DNA from: Eledone cirrhosa
Taxonomy: Eukaryota
Assembly: GCA_964016885.1 (NCBI GenBank)
Contig: OZ024745.1
Location: 120,032,001-120,096,000, forward strand
Reading direction: 5' to 3'
Length of the DNA: 64,000 nt
The translations under genes and the position numbers were made by a program. Within the stretch, counting starts at the first letter, position 1. Each line of letters begins with the position of its first letter. The notes beneath the pieces are model-generated. The model worked only from the letters and a program-made list of their open reading frames with translations, was not told where the DNA came from and made no database searches. Below are positions 56,439 through 64,000 of the stretch, piece after piece.

Positions 56439-56947
56439 CGGGACCCCGACGACTGACTTCCTGCCGTTTCGGATCTAGCTGTTAAAACGGCAGTGGCTCA
56501 GACGTTTTAACAGCTAGAGCCTTTCATCCTTACGAGGTCGATAAAATAAAGTACCAGTAATGCACTGGTTGATTGCTGGCCTTGTGCCAAAAGTAGAAAC
56601 AATTATTATTATTTCGTACTAATCACTATTGGGGTGCTAGGCACTATCTCTAAACATAATACGTATTTCATCACAAGCCTTGAGATACCCATATTTCTAC
56701 CATCACTAACATAGTCAGAATCCTACGTGATATATGGAGCCTCAGAGATCAGGGAATTGAGACCAATTAACTCGCTGCACAACCGATTACTTGAGAAGGA
56801 TTACAAAAGGAGAAAAAAACATTGTTATAGTAATAATAGCAACAGCAACATAACAATAGAGAAAATAGTGCCATATGTTATCAGGCAATCCGTTCAACAG
56901 CTGTCAACGCGAGAAATAGGAGTTAAAATATATATGTACACATGTAA

Positions 56948-56980
<33 letters not shown>

Positions 56981-56986
56981 CACATG

Positions 56987-57061
<75 letters not shown>

Positions 57062-57265
57062 CGTTTCTGAATTTGTTTAGCAAGAGTCTTTATCTGAAAA
57101 CGTGTGTTGAAACCGATATTGTTATACTTTGGGAGGGTCATGTTGCCAATAAGAAACACACGCACCAGTTGCTTTCACTTCAATTTATTATAATAAATTT
57201 ATAAATTTAGGAATTTATGAATTTCCGGTTGGTTGGTTCCACAACCAGATGATTGTTTATATATT

Positions 57266-57308
57266 GTCAAAGTTCTTTCGTCACACATTCTGTGACCTCT
57301 TCAGTGAC
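57266..57308 (-). ncRNA. Type I hammerhead ribozyme motif (family D)
   Basis: GTCA-CTGAAGA-GGTCACA gaatg TGTGAC-GAAA-GAACTT-TGAC. Confidence 0.7.
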
Positions 57309-57563
57309 TGGGGATTCTTTTCTTTGTTTTTGTGCCTCTCCTTTGTTCTGACCTACGCCATCTTGTTTTTGTGTGTATAAGCTGAGTTTTTCGAATATTA
57401 ATAATAACATTCGATTCGTTTGCAATTATGCAAACAAGCCTCAATTTTATAGCCATGTCAGTAGAATATACCCTTCATTCTTGCTCTTGTGTTGGAACAC
57501 GTGAGCAAGAGAAGATCCCGTTATGTGAAAGCAGCGATTCTTTGCTTAAACTTTAATCTGTTA

Positions 57564-57642
<79 letters not shown>

Positions 57643-57783
57643 GTGTACAGATAGTTTTGCATACACATAACAAAATATACACAAACGTATTTATTTCACG
57701 AGGTTCAATAATATCAAATATATAAGAACCCTAGAGCAAATCCCGAGCAGCGCCGGGCCATTTTGGTAGTAAATTATAAATTT

Positions 57784-57837
57784 ACTGCTATATATATTTC
57801 GGTGACAGGTATTATGGCTGTGACCTCTTCAGGCAGT
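57784..57837 (-). ncRNA. Type I hammerhead ribozyme motif (family C)
   Basis: ACTGC-CTGAAGA-GGTCACAG..CTGTCACC-GAAA-TATATATA-GCAGT; host repeat 57775-57955 is homologous to 2300-2470. Confidence 0.78.
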
Positions 57838-57949
57838 CCGAATTGGTGTGGAAAAGACAGGTACATATGTTGTTGAAGTGTGTTTCACTCTGTCAATACA
57901 TCGATATGTCCTGCTCCTGGGTGTGTTGTTAGTCCTCCGAGGAACTGGA

Positions 57950-57991
<42 letters not shown>

Positions 57992-58056
57992 TATATACTC
58001 CTTTACTCTTTTACCTGTTCCAGCCATCCGACTGAGGCCGTGCTGGGGCACCGCCC

Positions 58057-58099
<43 letters not shown>

Positions 58100-58113
<14 letters not shown>

Positions 58114-58122
58114 GAAAATGTC

Positions 58123-58160
<38 letters not shown>

Positions 58161-61100
58161 TGTCTGTCTGTTCCGCAGCAACTTTTGATCCGCAAGGCCG
58201 ATTTTCAAATTTTTTTTGTACTCAACCACAAATTCATCAAGGCGGGGTGGCATGACATTGCGAATGATACACTCCCCCTTTGTCCAGGTAAAACATTGAT
58301 AAAACTGACTATAGGTACGACTTTGCACAGAAAAAATCTCTATATCTATAAAAAATTAAAAAGAAACAGTGAGAGTGAAAGAAACAGACAGACTAAAAGA
58401 GGGGGATAGCGGGAGAGAGAGAGAGAGAGCGACAGACGCTGTGTTTGATACATGAGAGTGGAAGAGGGGAAGGAAAGCTATAACTAATTAACATGTGTGC
58501 GTGTGTGTGTGTGTGTTCGTGCAGCGTTCCGGTAAGAGTTAAATCTATTAACATGTGTGTGTACGTGCACACGTGCGTGCGCGAGTTTGCGTGCGTTTGA
58601 GCGTTTGCGTGCGTGAGTGTGCGTGTGGCGTTTTTCTTACGCCATTTTTTTCAGTGACAGTAGTTATTGTAGATGATAATTTATTTATAACCTACAACAA
58701 CTACTCTATTAAATCAATCAAATATTTCTGCAAGTATATAAATAAGGGCCCGGATGCCGCCATGTTCGGGCTTAAAGAAGAAAACAAACGAGATGAAGTT
58801 GCACAGTAACAATCAGCACTATATATAAGTACTAGCGAGGCCTTTTGGCGAATTTACCGTTTCTCAATGCACAGAAGATACCCTGCCGTCCAACACCTTG
58901 CTGTGCACCTGGAAAACGGCCAAAGAGTGTACTATAAAAAACAGACAGCTTTTCTGAGGGCTCTGCAACCAAGGAACACAACTCTTACTGCATTCTTTCA
59001 GCTATGTTAAGGCGACGCATTTGCTCGCACTTTGCTGTATCCCCAAGACCCCTCTTTCTACAAATGGGAAAAGTATTCATGGAAGCCAAGAATCAAAGGT
59101 GAAAGCGTTGATGGTCATCTAGATTTTAACTTTGACAGCTGCCTGGCGCGAGTTTACACAGTGCCCCGATCTACCAAGAATGTTACTACCTGCGTATGCT
59201 TCTCCATGACGGAAGAGGACCAACTAATTTTCAACACCTAAGAACTGTTGATGGCCAAATTTGCGACACCTACAGAGAGGCCTGCCTCAGGCGTGGACTA
59301 CTGGAAGATGGTGCTCAGTGGGATGCCACTTTGGCAGAAATAGTTGTTTCACAAATGCCACACAGCCTTAGGAAGCTTTTTGCTGTCTTACTGTACATTT
59401 GTAAATTACCCGATTCTTCCTTCTTGTGGCTCAAGTACAGAGATGACCTCTCTGAGGACTTCAGACATCAAGCACAATTACAACTTCCTGACATGGAAGT
59501 AGGCTTCACAGATGAAATCTACAACAAAGCACTTATTTAAATTGAAAATATGATTGCTGCAATGGGTGGGAATGCACTGCAGACATATGGCCTGCCCCAA
59601 ACAAACAGAACAGGCTCCGACGTCATTTCCGCTGAAATACTTCGGGAACTATCCTACAACACTGACAGCTTGGCTACATATGTCACTGAGCATGAACCAA
59701 TGCTGCTGCAGGAACAGGAACGAGCATATAACACTATTGCTGACTGTGTCCACCGTCCAACGTGGGGAATCTTTTTCTTGGACGCCTCTGGAGGCACAGG
59801 GAAGACTTTTGTCATACGGCTTCTCCTTGCCAAGGTTCGACAACACAGACACATAGCACTTGATGTTGCGTCTTCCGGTATTGCAGCAAACTTGCTTTCT
59901 GGGGGAAGGACAGCACATTCAGCCTTCAAACTCCCCCTCAATATGACAGCAAATGACACACCCTGCTGTAATATTACCAAAGGATCAGAAAAGGCAGTAC
60001 TGCTTAAAAAGTGCGAACTTATAGTTTGGGACGAATGTACCATGGCTCATAAAGGAGCTTTGGAGGCACTGGACCGGATTTTAAGAGACATAAGAGACTC
60101 CCTGGATCCCACGTGACTGTCCTTTTATCTGGAGATTTTAGACAAACCCTCCCTGTTATTCCCAAATGAACAAGGGCTGATGCTATTCGAGCATGCTTAA
60201 AGTCATCTCCGCTTTGGCGTTATGTCACAACATTAACGCTCTCTACGAACATGAGAGCTCGGATGCTTGGTGACCAAGTGTCATCAGATTTTGCTACCAA
60301 CCTATTGACAGTAGGGAACGGCAAAGTGTCACTTGATGAAGATGAAAAAATCTCACTCGAACCGGTTTGCTCTTTAGTCGACAGTGCTGACGACTTGACA
60401 GATGCAGTATTCCCTGAGTTGAGCACTAACTACCAAAATCCAAACTGGTTGTGCGAAAGGGCAATACTGCCTCGGAAAAATGAGACTGTCGACAAAATCA
60501 ATGGACAACTGCTTAAGTCTCTTCCAACAGCTTCGTTTACATACAAGTCCATGGATACAGTCTCAGACCCCATTAACTACCCAATTGAGTTTCTTAACTC
60601 ATTGAACTCCTCCGGGTTACCATCTCATTGGTTGGAACTTAAGCAAGGATGCCCAATTATGCTTTTGAGGAATCTACACCCACCAAAACTCTTCAACGGC
60701 GCCCGCCTTACAGTAAATAAACTAACACAAAACTTGATCGAGACATACTGCCTATTTGAAATTCATAACACCATACTTTTCGACTGTAAACGTTGTGACC
60801 ACTTTGAGCTGCACGGTATTGAAATACACGTTCCCCTCTGGTTGGTTGAGCCAGTTTTCCATGGTTTGCCAGCGCGTGCAGCAGACGTTGATTCACATGT
60901 CTTTGCTGCCTCAGTTGACGCTGTGTTTTGGTTGATACAGGTCAAACAGCAGACGTTGACTCACAGTTCTTTGCTGTCGCAGTTGACGCTGTGTTTCGGT
61001 TGATGCAGCTCGAGCTGCGGAAGTTGCCTCAGCATTTCTATGCCGCTGTAATGAACGCTGTGGTTCGTTCTCTGCATCGCCTGCAAAAGACGTTGCCTCA

Positions 61101-61852
61101 ATATTTGCTTTCTGTCACAGTGAGGGTTGAGAATCGTTTTCTGAACCTCAAGCAGCAGCAGTTGCCTCAGCACTTATTTTCTGTCGCATCGAACGTTGTG
61201 TTTCGTTTTCTGCATCTCGTGCAATAGAAGTTGCTTCAGCATTTTTCTTTTGGCGTAATATTCGCTATTCGTTATTTTCTGTTACTTTTCCAATCGAGGT
61301 TGGTGCAGAATTTGTATTGAGGAATTTTGAGCGTCCTTCATGTTTGGTCTATGTCACTGCAATCAGTCTAAGGAAAGCAACGTCACAGTTTCTATTGGCA
61401 GCCACAACTATACAGAATGGTAAGCATTTCAAACTACATAAATCATTAGAATTCCTACATATACGCAATGCATAACGAAATATTTACATGTTTCTACTGT
61501 AGCAAACGTATGGCACCCCCCTCATTTGTACCTTTCATTCAAAGTCGTCATACATTATCTCTGTCATCCCGCAACGACTTCAGTCCCTGAATTGCCAAAC
61601 ATCCCACATTATTGTCATACATTCCATGTGACTCATTTTTAGGTTGATGACTTCCTTGGGGTATAGTTCGCGTGTGGAGCTTCACCGCATCAACGTCACA
61701 CTTTTACACTCATTCACCTTTCTTATGCCATAACATTTTACCGTTTTTACATCGAACAACACACTTCTTATGGTTAAAAATAAATGTTTTGGGGGGGCTC
61801 GTGCTTACTAATGGTAGACTTACACCCGGGCAACGCCGAGTATGGCTGCTAG
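58100..61852 (+). mobile_element. Decayed, rearranged Helitron (Rep/PIF1 helicase relics 58780-60741; inverted N-terminal block 60742-61400)
   Basis: SEAFWRI..YPAVQHLAVHLENGQRVY, TYREACLRRGLL, FFLDASGGTGKTF, ASSGIAA.LL.GGRTAHS.FKLP, IVWDECTM, GDFRQTLPVIP, PIMLLRNL; 3' hairpin CCCGGGCAACGCCGAG and CTAG|T. The 5' boundary is approximate. Confidence 0.9.
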
Positions 61853-62261
61853 TGAGCAATAAAAACCAACAAGTATTGGTAGAAATTGCCTTCAAATTTA
61901 TCGCTTCTCATTGCGGTGATAATAAAACCTCATCATATGCTGAGTCTGGCAAAAAGGTTGGATCCTATGGCCGGCCAGGGCTAGAGTAATATTGAAAAAC
62001 GGTTCTATTTTCGAAGAAGAAAGATCCGCCATTTAGAGTTCAAACCAGGCCACCTCCCCGAGTTGAACTCTGGGCAACATTGACTGTCTATTACTGAATA
62101 AATTTTTGTGTCATATAATTTGTTGTTTTATTATTATAGCTGACCACTTATAGATAAGCATGTTATCCATATTAATTTGGCATTTGTATAAACCATTTCA
62201 AGTAAATAGGGACCTTTTTTCCATTGACTGACATCTTTTATATTAATTATCTATATCTATA

Positions 62262-62607
62262 TCTACATATAATATAAAAGATTGGAACTTCCATCATCCT
62301 TTTGAGAAACGTGAAACAACCACGTCTATGCATTGATACACGTTTTACAGTCAGGCAGAAGATGAACCATCTTCTAGAGGTCACTATTCTAGGTGGGAGC
62401 ACCTAGAATTGTTCATATACTATGCACAAACGGTACAACGAAGAATCTGGTATATCTGGAAGATTTTTTTACTGTTTTTTGTATCACACAGACACCACGG
62501 ACTCGCCTCATACTGTAACCAGACAAATATCCAATACAGTCATTTTCTCTTTTACCTGTCTTCTCTTATCATCTGTTTACCCGGGCGAAGCTGGGTACGT
62601 CAGCTAG
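62262..62607 (+). mobile_element. Non-autonomous mini-Helitron with a helicase remnant
   Basis: A|TC start, LLRNVKQPRLCIDTRFTVRQKMNHLLEVTILGG remnant, CCCGGGCGAAGCTGGG hairpin, CTAG|T end. Confidence 0.75.
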
Positions 62608-63062
62608 TATATATATAAAATACAATATGTTGAAAAGGTAACACACTAAAGAGAGATAGTGTGCCATCAATAAAACAGGGAAAACCACCAGTGTATGGAG
62701 TCTATAATCTATGGAAGGCAGGGTAGACACACAATAATTAAAAATATAAATTACAATGTATATACGCACCTTTATAACTATATAAGACACATCACCAGAG
62801 GGCGTTAGCCCCCCGGTGTTTGCATAGCTACGGCTTCCTAAAACTGTATTTCTTTGGAGATACAAAATATATATATATATATATATCACAGAAAAAAAGA
62901 GAATCAGTGTTGCGACGAATGGAATTTATTGGGCATATTACAATCGTTTCTCTGGCGACCAGCTCGAGGCACGATCGATGGGATGATTGAACCTGACTCT
63001 GAAAATTGCAAGGTCCTCAGATACGTCTTGATTCTACGAAACATATTTTCCTATATGCATAT

Positions 63063-63096
<34 letters not shown>

Positions 63097-63097
<1 letters not shown>

Positions 63098-63288
63098 GGA
63101 AAAAGTATGACCCCCAACGGTAGAGCTCAAGCCGTTTCGATGGCTATTTCAGGTCCAGAAATAGCCGTCGAAACGGCTTGAGCTCTGCCGTCGGGGTCAG
63201 ACTTTTTCCTATTACCCATTCTACTACCCTAAGTATTGAGTACTCTGGTGCGTTATGGCCCATCTGGTTCCTTACCACATTTTCTTCG

Positions 63289-63290
<2 letters not shown>
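63097..63290. mobile_element. Hammerhead family A fold-back insert
   Basis: Short arm 63097-63150, apex TATTTC aggtcca GAAATA, long arm to TTCGTT|ATATAT. Confidence 0.85.
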
Positions 63291-63379
<89 letters not shown>

Positions 63380-63451
63380 TGATGGTAGCTAAGATGCTTC
63401 CATAGTAGGTATGCCGGTTGAGCACTCTATGTTCTTACAGAGCAGAGTATG

Positions 63452-63830
<379 letters not shown>

Positions 63831-64000
63831 CATATATATATATATATATATATCTGCTTTGCTTTTGTAAACAACAAAATGTTAATGTAGTTTAATTTCG
63901 TTGACATCGTTGTATGTATTCTACTTGAATTCATACATCTGTATTTGTTATCAAGTCTACATTCTATTTCTGCTATAGTGTGGTACAAATAGTAAATGAT

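Noticed and set aside
59196-60741. Host PIF1 helicase gene
   Set aside because: Multiple stops, adjacent Helitron Rep-side motifs and a CTAG hairpin terminus indicate a dead Helitron.

Overview
Eukaryotic, AT-rich, microsatellite-saturated genomic DNA. The repeat content suggests a cephalopod or other mollusc, probably Octopus; this is an inference. There is one 200-N gap. One host gene can be assembled by hand on the minus strand: an NR1J/HR96-type nuclear receptor with four phase-compatible coding exons (37538-37374, 31778-31661, 29157-28643, 21378-20899) and a probable first coding exon (42259-42203). The rest is mostly mobile DNA: an apparently intact 6-kb Tx1-clade LINE (48171-54197) in (ATT)n plus decayed relatives, three R4/Dong-type retrotransposons in (ACAT)n, a Naiad-like Penelope relic, HERO and RTE fragments, Helitrons, a hAT MITE and many tRNA-derived SINEs. 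The most interesting signal is not in the ORF track. More than a dozen type I hammerhead ribozyme motifs from at least five unrelated short non-coding families sit in (TA)n tracts, often as head-to-head palindromes. Two families carry a compensatory U3-A8 core. One family repeatedly folds back at ribozyme stem II. One copy ends exactly at the predicted self-cleavage site. Almost all short ORFs in the track are microsatellite artefacts.
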